This document shows, one piece after another, positions 28,674 to 37,171 of a stretch of DNA of 43,724 nt. Positions within the stretch are counted from its first letter, which is position 1. Each line of letters opens with the position of its first letter. Origin of the DNA: Bacteroidales bacterium (GTDB lineage: Bacteria > Bacteroidota > Bacteroidia > Bacteroidales > UBA7960). The translations under genes were made by a program, and so were the position numbers. The stretch spans positions 1 through 43,724 of the forward strand of contig JAWOBS010000285.1 of assembly GCA_046484145.1 (NCBI GenBank), in the 5' to 3' direction. The notes under the pieces were generated by a model. The model was not told the DNA's origin and made no database searches. It saw only the letters and a program-made list of their open reading frames with translations.

Positions 28674-30207
28674 TTTTTTCTTTGCTTTTTAATAACGGCA
28701 ATAAAACGTATGTTAGTAAACCGGCTGCTAAGCCTGCTAAAGTTGCAAAGACCATACTTCCAACCAGATATTGCAAAAGATTTTCTTTTAATCCTGTAAG
28801 ATTCATTTCAATATCTACATTCCAGGATCCATGGCCCAGCACATAACTGCCGGTAACATAGCTTAAATATAATATAAATGGCATTAGCGGCGGAAGGCTT
28901 ATATTTGCAGCTAAGAATACTACTGCTTTCTTTAGCTTAAGAAAATGAGCCAGCAATAATCCTATGGCCAACTGATATCCCCAGATAGGCGTTATTCCCA
29001 TGAAAACGCCAAATCCAATTGAAATAGCAATTATATGATTTGGTGTTTTACTGCAAAGAATGTCTTCTTTGATTATTTGCTTTAGCTTCCTTTTTCTGAA
29101 CTTGCGGATGAGGTTTCTTGGCTTGTAGTATAAAATGGCTAAAAATGTAAAGATGAAATTAAGAATGCTTATCCTTAGGAAATCCTTAAAAGGCCTGAAG
29201 TGTGTAATCCTTTCTTCTTTTGGCGGATAATATACATCTATAGGAATTGTTTCAATTTTAATCCCCTTCCAGGAAGCCCTTACAATAACTTCAAGTTCAT
29301 ATTCATATTTGCTTGAGAAAAACCGCATTTTCTCCAAAATACGCAATGGGTAAAGCCTGTAGCCACTTTGTGTGTCTTTTAGGCTTAGTCCGGTTTGAAA
29401 TTTATACCAGAAATTAGAGAATTTGTTTGCAAAACTACTTTTTCCGGGAATGTTGGAGTCATTTAAAGTCCTGGTGCCAATGATTATTGAATCCGGATGC
29501 TCTTTTATCTTTTCAAGAAATGTGGGTATTTCTTTGGCCAGGTGCTGCCCGTCAGAATCAATTGTAATGGCATATTCATATCCGGATTTTATTGCCTCCG
29601 AAAAACCGCTTTTTAAAGCAATCCCTTTTCCCTTGTTCTTTTTATGATGTAATACTTTTAAATTATTGAATTCCGTTAAGATTTCAGTTGTGTTGTCAGT
29701 GCTGCCATCGTTGACTATTATAATATTGTCAGTGTAGTTTAATACATCATAAATTACAGCTTTTAGTTTGGCGGCATTATTATAGGTTGGGATTATTATG
29801 CAATAATTTACAGGCTGTAAATCTAAATTGTCAGTGTTTTTTTTTTTAAGATATTCACTTTTTAATTTTAGAAAGTTTGTTTCATCAGAGAAAATATGTC
29901 CCGCGACTTTCATAGTACCTTCCCCGTTACTTTCGTGTGTAATTTTTACAGTAAGATTATTGTCCTTTTTGGGATTAATGAGAGAGAGAAATTTAATTTC
30001 CCGGGCAGACAATAGCATATAGTTATTATTAGTTTCTTTTTCTAAAATTTCTTTAATGATTTGAACCTGGCAAACGCCCGGCACAACAGGTATTGATGGG
30101 AAATGGCCTTTGAAAATAGAATGTTCTTTATTGAAAGTAATCTCTGCAATTATTTCACCCTCAGCCTTGTGCGTAACAATATATGTGTAAAAATCTTTAT
30201 AAAGCAT
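28666..30207 (-). CDS. tri-domain fusion: FabZ/FabA-like hotdog dehydratase + family 2 glycosyltransferase + DUF2062-like membrane domain
   Basis: 513 aa. aa 1 to about 120: FKGHFPSIPVVPGVCQVQ (FabZ-type motif). aa about 135-350: GT2 (YCIIIPTYNNAAKL, IVNDGSTDNT, AITIDSDGQH). aa about 385-513: four hydrophobic helices (GFGVFMGITPIWGYQ...), as in DUF2062. Confidence 0.82.
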   Translation of the reverse strand: MLYKDFYTYIVTHKAEGEIIAEITFNKEHSIFKGHFPSIPVVPGVCQVQIIKEILEKETNNNYMLLSAREIKFLSLINPKKDNNLTVKITHESNGEGTMKVAGHIFSDETNFLKLKSEYLKKKNTDNLDLQPVNYCIIIPTYNNAAKLKAVIYDVLNYTDNIIIVNDGSTDNTTEILTEFNNLKVLHHKKNKGKGIALKSGFSEAIKSGYEYAITIDSDGQHLAKEIPTFLEKIKEHPDSIIIGTRTLNDSNIPGKSSFANKFSNFWYKFQTGLSLKDTQSGYRLYPLRILEKMRFFSSKYEYELEVIVRASWKGIKIETIPIDVYYPPKEERITHFRPFKDFLRISILNFIFTFLAILYYKPRNLIRKFRKRKLKQIIKEDILCSKTPNHIIAISIGFGVFMGITPIWGYQLAIGLLLAHFLKLKKAVVFLAANISLPPLMPFILYLSYVTGSYVLGHGSWNVDIEMNLTGLKENLLQYLVGSMVFATLAGLAAGLLTYVLLPLLKSKEKNE

Positions 30208-30212
30208 TAATT

Positions 30213-30857
30213 CTAATTAAGTTTAATCAAATCCATTTCAAGTTCTAACTTAACACGATCGTTAATAAATACCATGTTTTGCGGTACTTTATTTAAATCG
30301 TAGTTTAATTTAATAGTTATGTCTCCTTTAAGAACTCTTTGATTAACAATTTTATTAACAAAATTGTTTTCGTTGCAAAAATAATAATAGCGGTTTGAAT
30401 TGTGTCTAATTTTAATAACTTTTATGCTATCATTATTATCAGTATATAATTTATTAGTTCGTTCACTATTCCTGTTTATTAATAGCGGTAAGATACAACT
30501 TTTTAAATTGCTGATAAATATTTTATTTTTTAAAAATTCCTGGGAGTTTATAAGTTCGATATTGTCATTTTTATACTTCATTTCAAGAAGATTAAGGCCA
30601 AATTCTGATAAGAAAACAATATTTGTTGCATCCTCTTCTAAGTTTTTTTTAAAAAGGAATATTCCTGTATGATAATGCTTTCCTATACTTATGCTTGTTT
30701 TATATAGTGCAGTACTATAAGCGTTTTCTAATAAAGGTAAATTAATTGAAATCTCTTCCGGCGAAGGTGATTTTTTTAATCCTTTAATTGGAGAACATGA
30801 GTGTAGAATTGCTATTATACTAATTAGTAACAAAAGTGCTATCCGGAATCTGGGCAT
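30213..30857 (-). CDS. putative lipoprotein of unknown function (positional equivalent of the DUF3261 lipoprotein of aryl-polyene loci)
   Basis: 214 aa. Signal peptide plus Cys (LLLLISIIAILHSCS). No catalytic motifs recognised. The functional label comes from gene context only. Confidence 0.6.
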   Translation of the reverse strand: MPRFRIALLLLISIIAILHSCSPIKGLKKSPSPEEISINLPLLENAYSTALYKTSISIGKHYHTGIFLFKKNLEEDATNIVFLSEFGLNLLEMKYKNDNIELINSQEFLKNKIFISNLKSCILPLLINRNSERTNKLYTDNNDSIKVIKIRHNSNRYYYFCNENNFVNKIVNQRVLKGDITIKLNYDLNKVPQNMVFINDRVKLELEMDLIKLN

Positions 30858-31479
30858 TTATTTCTCTGTTTACAAATGAAATTACTGTATAATCTTTTTC
30901 GTTTTCAATCATAATGACCTTTGAAACAGTAAGGCTTTTCTTGTCAAAATATAACTCGGTTTCGCTTATAACCTGTTTAACCTGGGGGTCTTTAGGAATA
31001 AGCTTCAGTAAATATGTGTTTTGGCTCTCAAAAGCAGTGACTTCAAACTTTCCATCGGCCATGAGGTCTCCTCTTGCAGAGCTTACAATTAAGTTGTTTA
31101 CTTCTTTGAAAACCTGGTTTGAGCTAATATCATAACTTGTAAATTTGCCACTGTCATCTTTTGTAATGAATTTTCCATCATGAATTATAATGATATGACT
31201 AAATGGCTCAGTGTATTCCCACCTTAAACTGTTTTCATCTCTTAACCAAAACTTCCCTTTAGATGTTATTTTTTCATCAATAAAATCCAGATGTTTTTCC
31301 TGGATAAAATCTGAAATAATTGAATTAGTCTTTTTTGAGGTTTCAAGTAATAAAATTTCTAAAGCTTTTATATCTTCAACTTGTGTAAAGCTCTGAGAAG
31401 TTGAGTGCTTGCTGATTAGTAGAAATATTAATGTAAATGCAAAAATTAATTTTCTCATATATGGCTTGTTAATTATCAA
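30820..31479 (-). CDS. LolA-like outer-membrane lipoprotein carrier family protein
   Basis: 219 aa. Signal peptide, then FIQEKHLDFIDEKITSKGKFWLRDENSLRWEYTEPFSHIIIIHDGKF, which fits the LolA pattern (F.Q ... G.f ... lrWeY..P ... dG). Its 3' end overlaps the next gene by 38 nt. Confidence 0.72.
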   Translation of the reverse strand: MIINKPYMRKLIFAFTLIFLLISKHSTSQSFTQVEDIKALEILLLETSKKTNSIISDFIQEKHLDFIDEKITSKGKFWLRDENSLRWEYTEPFSHIIIIHDGKFITKDDSGKFTSYDISSNQVFKEVNNLIVSSARGDLMADGKFEVTAFESQNTYLLKLIPKDPQVKQVISETELYFDKKSLTVSKVIMIENEKDYTVISFVNREINAQIPDSTFVTN

Positions 31480-31496
31480 ATTGTGTCAATAATGTT

Positions 31497-32249
31497 TTAA
31501 TTATTAATAATTTCATCAATCCTGACAGCTTTAAGCCTTTTTTTATCCAATTCTTCTAAAAGGTTTTTTAAAAGTTCTGTTGAATTAATGTCATGTAAAA
31601 GAATTATATCACCACCTCTTAGTCTTTTTTTTATTCTGTTAATAATCTTTTGAGGTTCTTTATTCATTGTATCAAAAGAACGTATACTCCAGCCTATTGT
31701 TGTTAGGTTTAAACTTTTAACTGCTGATGCAATTAAGGGATTTGTTATACCAAAAGGCGGCCTGAAATAAATATTTTCTTTGCCGGTATTTTCTTTGATT
31801 ATTTCTTGAGTTCTCAAAATTTCATTACGTATCCTTTTTGTACTCTTTAGAGGAAACACGTTGCTATGGCTGTAGGAATGATTTCCAATCAGATGGCCTG
31901 ATTTGGCAATCAGCTTAACTAATCCCGGATTTTCTTCAGCTTTTTTACCAATTATAAAAAATGTTGCTTTTACGTTATAATTGTCTAATACATTTAGAAT
32001 CTTCAATGTTTTATCAGGATCCGGGCCATCATCAAAAGTAATTGCAACTTTGTTTTTGTCGCTTTTGTTTTTGCATATTGTCCTGAGATAGAATTGAGAG
32101 TTAATATCAACAGATGCCCATGTGAGAATAATAATAAACAACAATGTAGTACTACTGCCAAATATAAACTTTAAGCTTATGTCAATTGGTAGTAGAAAGA
32201 TTATAATTATGGCAATTATATATATAATGCTTGCAGCTAATAATTTCAA
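31497..32249 (-). CDS. membrane-anchored polysaccharide deacetylase (NodB homology domain)
   Basis: 250 aa. Two N-terminal TM helices, then NodB motifs VAITFDDGPD and GNHSYSHSN. Confidence 0.85.
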   Translation of the reverse strand: MKLLAASIIYIIAIIIIFLLPIDISLKFIFGSSTTLLFIIILTWASVDINSQFYLRTICKNKSDKNKVAITFDDGPDPDKTLKILNVLDNYNVKATFFIIGKKAEENPGLVKLIAKSGHLIGNHSYSHSNVFPLKSTKRIRNEILRTQEIIKENTGKENIYFRPPFGITNPLIASAVKSLNLTTIGWSIRSFDTMNKEPQKIINRIKKRLRGGDIILLHDINSTELLKNLLEELDKKRLKAVRIDEIINN

Positions 32250-32271
32250 TATCAGACAATTATTACAGATG

Positions 32272-33495
32272 TTATTTTATAAACCTGGTAACTATTAAGG
32301 TAGAATTTGTTCCACCAAAGCCAAAAGAGTTTGATAGAAATTTATTGATTTTATGTTCAGTTGTTTCCGGGATAATATTCAGATTTCTTACAGCATCATC
32401 GGGGACATTAAAATTGATGTTAGGTGCAATAAATGAGTTTTGCATCATTATAAGTGAATAAATGATTTCACTGGCACCACCCATCCACATTTCATGGCCG
32501 GTCATTGATTTTGTAGAGCTGATAGGAACTTTGTTCTCACCAAAAATCAGATCCAAAGCTTTACCTTCAAATTCGTCGCCAACAGGAGTTGAGGTAGCAT
32601 GGGCGTTAACATAATCAATATCCTTAGCTTTAAGATTAGCAGATTTCAGACATCTTTCAATAGAATTTACAGGTCCTTCAACATTAGGAACAGATATATG
32701 ATCTCCGTTGGAAGAGAAGCCGTAGCCTACTATTTCACCTAATATGGGAGCACCTCTTTTTTGAGCAGATTCCAGGCTCTCAACAACAACTGTAGCTGCA
32801 CCACCGCTTGGTACAAGTCCGTCGCGGGTTTTGTCAAATGGCCTCGATGCCTTTTCAGGTTCTGCTTCCCGTGTGGAGAAAGCACTTAAACCATCAAAAC
32901 TACCCATTGATTCAGCATTTACCTCCTGGCCTCCACCGCAAATAATAATATCTTGCTGGCCGTGTCCTATAAGAAAAAACGCGAGCCCTATAGCATGAGA
33001 ACTACTTGCGCATGCACCACTAATGGTGAAATTTATACCTTTTAATTTCAAGATAACAGAAAGATTCATTGTTATCGTTGAATTCATGGATTGAAAGATC
33101 GAACCCGAACCGATCAGAGTAGTATCTTTCTTTTCTCGTACAATATCAATAGCATTAATAACAGGAATTGAAGAACTATCATTTCCGTAAATTATGCCTA
33201 CTTCGTGAGAATTAAGAAAATCCTGATCAATTTTTGCATTTTGCAGTGCCTCCATTGTAGCCACGTAAGAATACTCACCCTGCTCAGCCATGCCTATTCT
33301 TGATCGGCGCGACAATAATTTTTTTAAATCCGGCCTTTCAATAATGCCTGTGAGTGATGAGCGAAAGCCAAGCTCTTTGCGCCTGGGGTCAATGCCAATG
33401 CCGGAACGCCCTATATATAATGATTCTTTTACTTCTTCGAGGTTTTTTCCAATTGTGGAATAAATACCCATTCCTGTAATAACAACTCTTCTCAT
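32272..33495 (-). CDS. beta-ketoacyl-ACP synthase (FabF/FabB-type elongating KS)
   Basis: 407 aa. Active-site Cys in ISGACASSSHAIG, His in NAHATSTPVGD, and His in KSMTGHEMWMGG (C-H-H triad). Ends GFGGTNSTLIV. Confidence 0.92.
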   Translation of the reverse strand: MRRVVITGMGIYSTIGKNLEEVKESLYIGRSGIGIDPRRKELGFRSSLTGIIERPDLKKLLSRRSRIGMAEQGEYSYVATMEALQNAKIDQDFLNSHEVGIIYGNDSSSIPVINAIDIVREKKDTTLIGSGSIFQSMNSTITMNLSVILKLKGINFTISGACASSSHAIGLAFFLIGHGQQDIIICGGGQEVNAESMGSFDGLSAFSTREAEPEKASRPFDKTRDGLVPSGGAATVVVESLESAQKRGAPILGEIVGYGFSSNGDHISVPNVEGPVNSIERCLKSANLKAKDIDYVNAHATSTPVGDEFEGKALDLIFGENKVPISSTKSMTGHEMWMGGASEIIYSLIMMQNSFIAPNINFNVPDDAVRNLNIIPETTEHKINKFLSNSFGFGGTNSTLIVTRFIK

Positions 33496-33514
33496 AATTA
33501 GTTAAAAAATTTAA

Positions 33515-34246
33515 TTAACTGTACATTCCTCCATTAACTGATATCACTTCTCCGGTGATGTATGAAGCTTTGCCTGAAGCTAAAAATGCAACTACTTCTG
33601 CTACTTCTTCTGATTCACCAAACCTGTTTAAAGGTATTAAAGGTTTTAACTGATTTTCATCTAAATTGTTCGTCATATCTGTTTTTATAAAACCGGGGGC
33701 AACTGCATTTACAGTCACTTTCTTTTTACCTACTTCTTGTGCTAATGATTTGGTAGCAGCTATAACAGCACCTTTAGCTGCTGCATAATTAACCTGCCCG
33801 GGTTGGCCCTTTTGACCTGACAAGGAAACTATATTTATAATCCTGCCATTTTTCTTAACAATCATATCCTGCAATAATAGCTTAGTTACATAAAAGAAGC
33901 TGTGTTGATTTGTATTTATTACAGAATTCCACTCCTCGTCAGTCATAAATACCATTAAGTTATCCCTGGTGATTCCTGCATTGTTCACTAAAACTTCAAT
34001 ATGTTTCTCAGGATTATCTTCTTTCCATTTGCCCAAAATTGACCTTATTTGCTCTGCATCAGAAACGTCAAATTGAATGAGTTCTCCATTGCCATTGTTT
34101 TTTCGTATCTCATCCAAGGTTGATTCCGCTTCTTTTTTACTTGATTTATAGTTTATTAGAACATAAAAACCATCAGCAGCAAGTTTGATGCTTATTGCTT
34201 TGCCAATTCCTCTCGATCCTCCTGTTACTAAAGCGTATTGTGTCAT
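33515..34246 (-). CDS. 3-oxoacyl-ACP reductase (FabG-like SDR)
   Basis: 243 aa. TGGSRGIGKA cofactor motif, NNAG, and catalytic YAAAKGA (YxxxK). Confidence 0.92.
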   Translation of the reverse strand: MTQYALVTGGSRGIGKAISIKLAADGFYVLINYKSSKKEAESTLDEIRKNNGNGELIQFDVSDAEQIRSILGKWKEDNPEKHIEVLVNNAGITRDNLMVFMTDEEWNSVINTNQHSFFYVTKLLLQDMIVKKNGRIINIVSLSGQKGQPGQVNYAAAKGAVIAATKSLAQEVGKKKVTVNAVAPGFIKTDMTNNLDENQLKPLIPLNRFGESEEVAEVVAFLASGKASYITGEVISVNGGMYS

Positions 34247-34259
34247 TTTGCAATATTTT

Positions 34260-35813
34260 TTAATGTATCTCGATATTGTTATTAAACAAATAATTACTTA
34301 TTTGTTCAATCTCTTGGTATTTTGGTTTGTCTTCAACAAACTTTGGAGATATTTTTCTCAATTTCTTATAAATGTTCTTTGTTAGTGGGGAAAGCTTATC
34401 AGAGATGTCTAAATAATCAACAGCCTGAATTAAAGCCATAAGTTCAATAGACAAAACCTGGAATGCATTGTCAATAACTCGTTTAGTCATCATTGCAGCA
34501 TTTGTGCCCATACTTACAATATCCTGATTGTCGTTATTAGTAGGAATGCTATGTACATACATGGAATTTGACAATGTTTGATTCTCAGCAACAGTTGAAG
34601 TAGCAGTAAACTGTATCCCTTGCATTCCCAGATTTAAGCCTAATTTCCCCAGATTAACGAATGGAGGAAGCTTTTCATTTATTTTTGAATTACATAGAAA
34701 TGCCAAATGACGTTCTGACAGCATTGATAATTTTGTGATTGCCAATTTTAATTTGTCCATTTCAAGCGAAACATAATCTCCATGGAAATTGCCTCCGTGA
34801 TATACATTTTTTGTTGCTAAGTCAACAATAGGATTGTCACTTACAGAATTCATTTCGTTAATTAAAACATCTTCTGTATTATCAATTGTGTCCAAAACAG
34901 GCCCTAAAACCTGGGGAACGCACCTTAAAGAATAGTATTCCTGCACCTTCCTGTCTACAATATGCTGGTGGCCATTATGTTTGTATTTATCATTATAAAA
35001 ATGCGATTCTCTTCGGTTAATCATCTTGCTGCTTGAGAGTATATCCCTCATATATTTTGCAACTTTTGACTGTCCGTTATGCTTTTTTACTCCATTTAAT
35101 TCTTCCGAAAAATAATCATCAAAGGATTCTACTATTTCGTTTAGTAATGCAGAAGCTGTAATTGACCAGTTTAAAAGATGTTTGGATTTAATCACATTTA
35201 TAAGCCCGATTCCTGTCATAACCGAAGTCCCGTTTATCAGGGATAATCCTTCTCTTAAAACAACTTTGATAGGCTGTAGATTCAGCTCTTCAAACACTTC
35301 CTTTGTAGGCCTTAACTTGTTTTTGTATGTTACCTGTCCTTCGCCAATCATGTTCAGGGATAAATGAGATAACTGGACAAGGTCGCCACTGGCACCAACA
35401 CCACCATGTTCAGGAATAAAGGGATAAACCTCCTTGTTTATCATCTCTTTAAGAAGCTTAACACAGGAAGGATGAATACCCGAAAATCCCTGTATTATCG
35501 AAAGCATTCTGACAAACATAACAGCTTTAACATATAAATCAGGAATTTTTTCACCAACACCCGCTGCATGGCTTCTTATTAAATTATATTGAAGCTCAAC
35601 CTGGTCTTTGTCATCAATTATATATTGAGCCATAGGGCCAAAACCGGTGTTGATTCCGTAAATTACTTTATCCCTGGAAAACTCGACAAGGAAATTGTAA
35701 CTATTTTCTACAAGTTCCAAACTGTTTTTTTCAATATCAAATTGATTGTTGTCTAATACAATAGATTGGAATTCCTCTATAGAAAAATCTTTTTTGGGGG
35801 ATACTTTTATCAC
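34260..35813 (-). CDS. MIO-dependent aromatic amino acid ammonia-lyase; tyrosine ammonia-lyase inferred from context
   Basis: 517 aa. GGVGASGDLVQLSH carries the MIO-forming Ala141-Ser142-Gly143 (nt 35385-35393). NTGFGPMA and YSLRCVPQVLGP blocks of the HAL/PAL/TAL family. First gene of the minus-strand operon; no hut genes nearby. Confidence 0.9.
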   Translation of the reverse strand: MIKVSPKKDFSIEEFQSIVLDNNQFDIEKNSLELVENSYNFLVEFSRDKVIYGINTGFGPMAQYIIDDKDQVELQYNLIRSHAAGVGEKIPDLYVKAVMFVRMLSIIQGFSGIHPSCVKLLKEMINKEVYPFIPEHGGVGASGDLVQLSHLSLNMIGEGQVTYKNKLRPTKEVFEELNLQPIKVVLREGLSLINGTSVMTGIGLINVIKSKHLLNWSITASALLNEIVESFDDYFSEELNGVKKHNGQSKVAKYMRDILSSSKMINRRESHFYNDKYKHNGHQHIVDRKVQEYYSLRCVPQVLGPVLDTIDNTEDVLINEMNSVSDNPIVDLATKNVYHGGNFHGDYVSLEMDKLKLAITKLSMLSERHLAFLCNSKINEKLPPFVNLGKLGLNLGMQGIQFTATSTVAENQTLSNSMYVHSIPTNNDNQDIVSMGTNAAMMTKRVIDNAFQVLSIELMALIQAVDYLDISDKLSPLTKNIYKKLRKISPKFVEDKPKYQEIEQISNYLFNNNIEIH

Positions 35814-35935
35814 GAATTATTATTTTTAGTAATATTTTCTCAAAATCAAGTGTTTGAAGAAAATTAATTAATTTAAAAAAGAATAACACTTAAAATTAAA
35901 AGGTCTGCTAAGATTTTAAACACAAATTAGCCGTG

Positions 35936-35943
35936 CAAATATA
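35936..35943 (-). promoter_or_regulatory. candidate -7 box for the minus-strand biosynthetic operon
   Basis: The minus strand reads TATATTTG (TAnnTTTG), 123 nt upstream of the start at 35813. No good -33 TTTG. A second candidate, TAAATTTG, lies at 36041-36048. Confidence 0.3.
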
Positions 35944-36348
35944 ATATTTTTTAATTTCTTATTGTTAATAGAATTTCTTAATAAAACTAATATTAAATCT
36001 TTTAATGCTTACCCTGAATTTTGCCTTCTGTTAATTAATTCAAATTTACTTTATGTATTGCTTGTTCAATGTTTGTAAAGGGAATGTAAACATGGTATTC
36101 CGGATAGATGTGATATCGAAAAAATCAAAATAATAAGGATAGTGCTTTCCTGATTGTATAGTGTGAAAATATTGAAGTTTAATTTTATCCCGTCTCTTAA
36201 AAAGAAGAAGGTAGTTCCTTGCTTTATGTCAAACAATTAGCATGCTTTTGTGTTGAATTGTATATAAAAATCAAGGTTCTGATAGAATGATAATTCCCGG
36301 ATAAGATTAGTCAAACACAATAATTACAATCATTTAAAAAATTTTTAT

Positions 36349-36735
36349 ATGAAGTACTATATTAGTAAAACAATAGCTGCAAATTTTGATCAAGCGATAT
36401 CGCTGGTTACAGAAGCATTAAAAACAGAAGGTTTTGGTATATTATCCGAAATTGATATTCAACAGAAGTTGAAAGAAAAGCTGGATGTTGATTTTAGAAA
36501 ATACAAAATTTTGGGTGCGTGCAACCCCCCAAATGCATACAAGGCACTTCAACAGGAAGATAAAATTGGCACAATGCTTCCCTGTAATGTAATAGTACAG
36601 GAAACAGGTGAAAATCAAGTGGAAGTTGCAGCCGTTGACCCGGTAATTTCAATGATGGCTGTTGATAATAAACAACTTGCAGAAATTGCCGGCGATATTA
36701 AGGCAAAACTTGAGCGGGTTATTGAATCATTATAA
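36349..36735 (+). CDS. DUF302 domain protein
   Basis: 128 aa. FGILSEIDIQQKL ... YKILGACNPPNAYKAL ... IGTMLPCNVIVQE ... VAAVDP matches the DUF302 pattern. Confidence 0.85.
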   Translation: MKYYISKTIAANFDQAISLVTEALKTEGFGILSEIDIQQKLKEKLDVDFRKYKILGACNPPNAYKALQQEDKIGTMLPCNVIVQETGENQVEVAAVDPVISMMAVDNKQLAEIAGDIKAKLERVIESL

Positions 36736-36970
36736 AAAAAAGGATCTTATGTGGGTTTTTAATGGATTATTTCATTTGAGAACTTAGTCTGATAAATCGT
36801 TTACAACTTTTCAATCCAGGCCAATTACAATAATCACTATGGTTGGGGTGGTGGATTAAGCGTCAGGTTTTAACAATTAACCTATACTGTAAAACTTAAA
36901 TAGCACGCATCTGTTATATCCCTAGTGCTTTAAGTTTAATTAGATTATAAAATTCTTGTCTTAATAATAT

Positions 36971-37003
36971 TTTGTTTTTTTTTGTCAGTTTTTCTTAACT
37001 TTG
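36971..37003 (+). promoter_or_regulatory. candidate Bacteroidota -33/-7 promoter for the plus-strand biosynthetic operon
   Basis: TTTG (36971-36974), a 21-nt spacer, then TAACTTTG (36996-37003). This fits TTTG-N19-21-TAnnTTTG and implies a 5' leader of about 160 nt before the ACP start at 37172. Confidence 0.45.
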
Positions 37004-37171
37004 CAGATTGAAATATATGTATTTAGAGTGCATGCATATTTTGTTCGTTTTTGATTGATTGCCTAATGTTATTAGAATATAGCGAAGAAAATTAATGAAC
37101 ATATTATTAAAAACATTGTTTAATATTGTGCACTTATAATTTGGAAATATTGTTTTAATTCTGTCAGTGTT

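Noticed and set aside
32272-34246. Housekeeping fabF/fabG
   Set aside because: There is no fabD/acpP/plsX/fabH context, and the genes are embedded in and translationally packed with pigment-cluster genes. They are treated as cluster-specific paralogues.
34260-35813. Annotation as catabolic histidine ammonia-lyase HutH
   Set aside because: No hutU/hutI/hutG genes are nearby, and the gene heads a polyene-pigment operon. TAL is the more parsimonious call, although substrate specificity cannot be proven from sequence alone.
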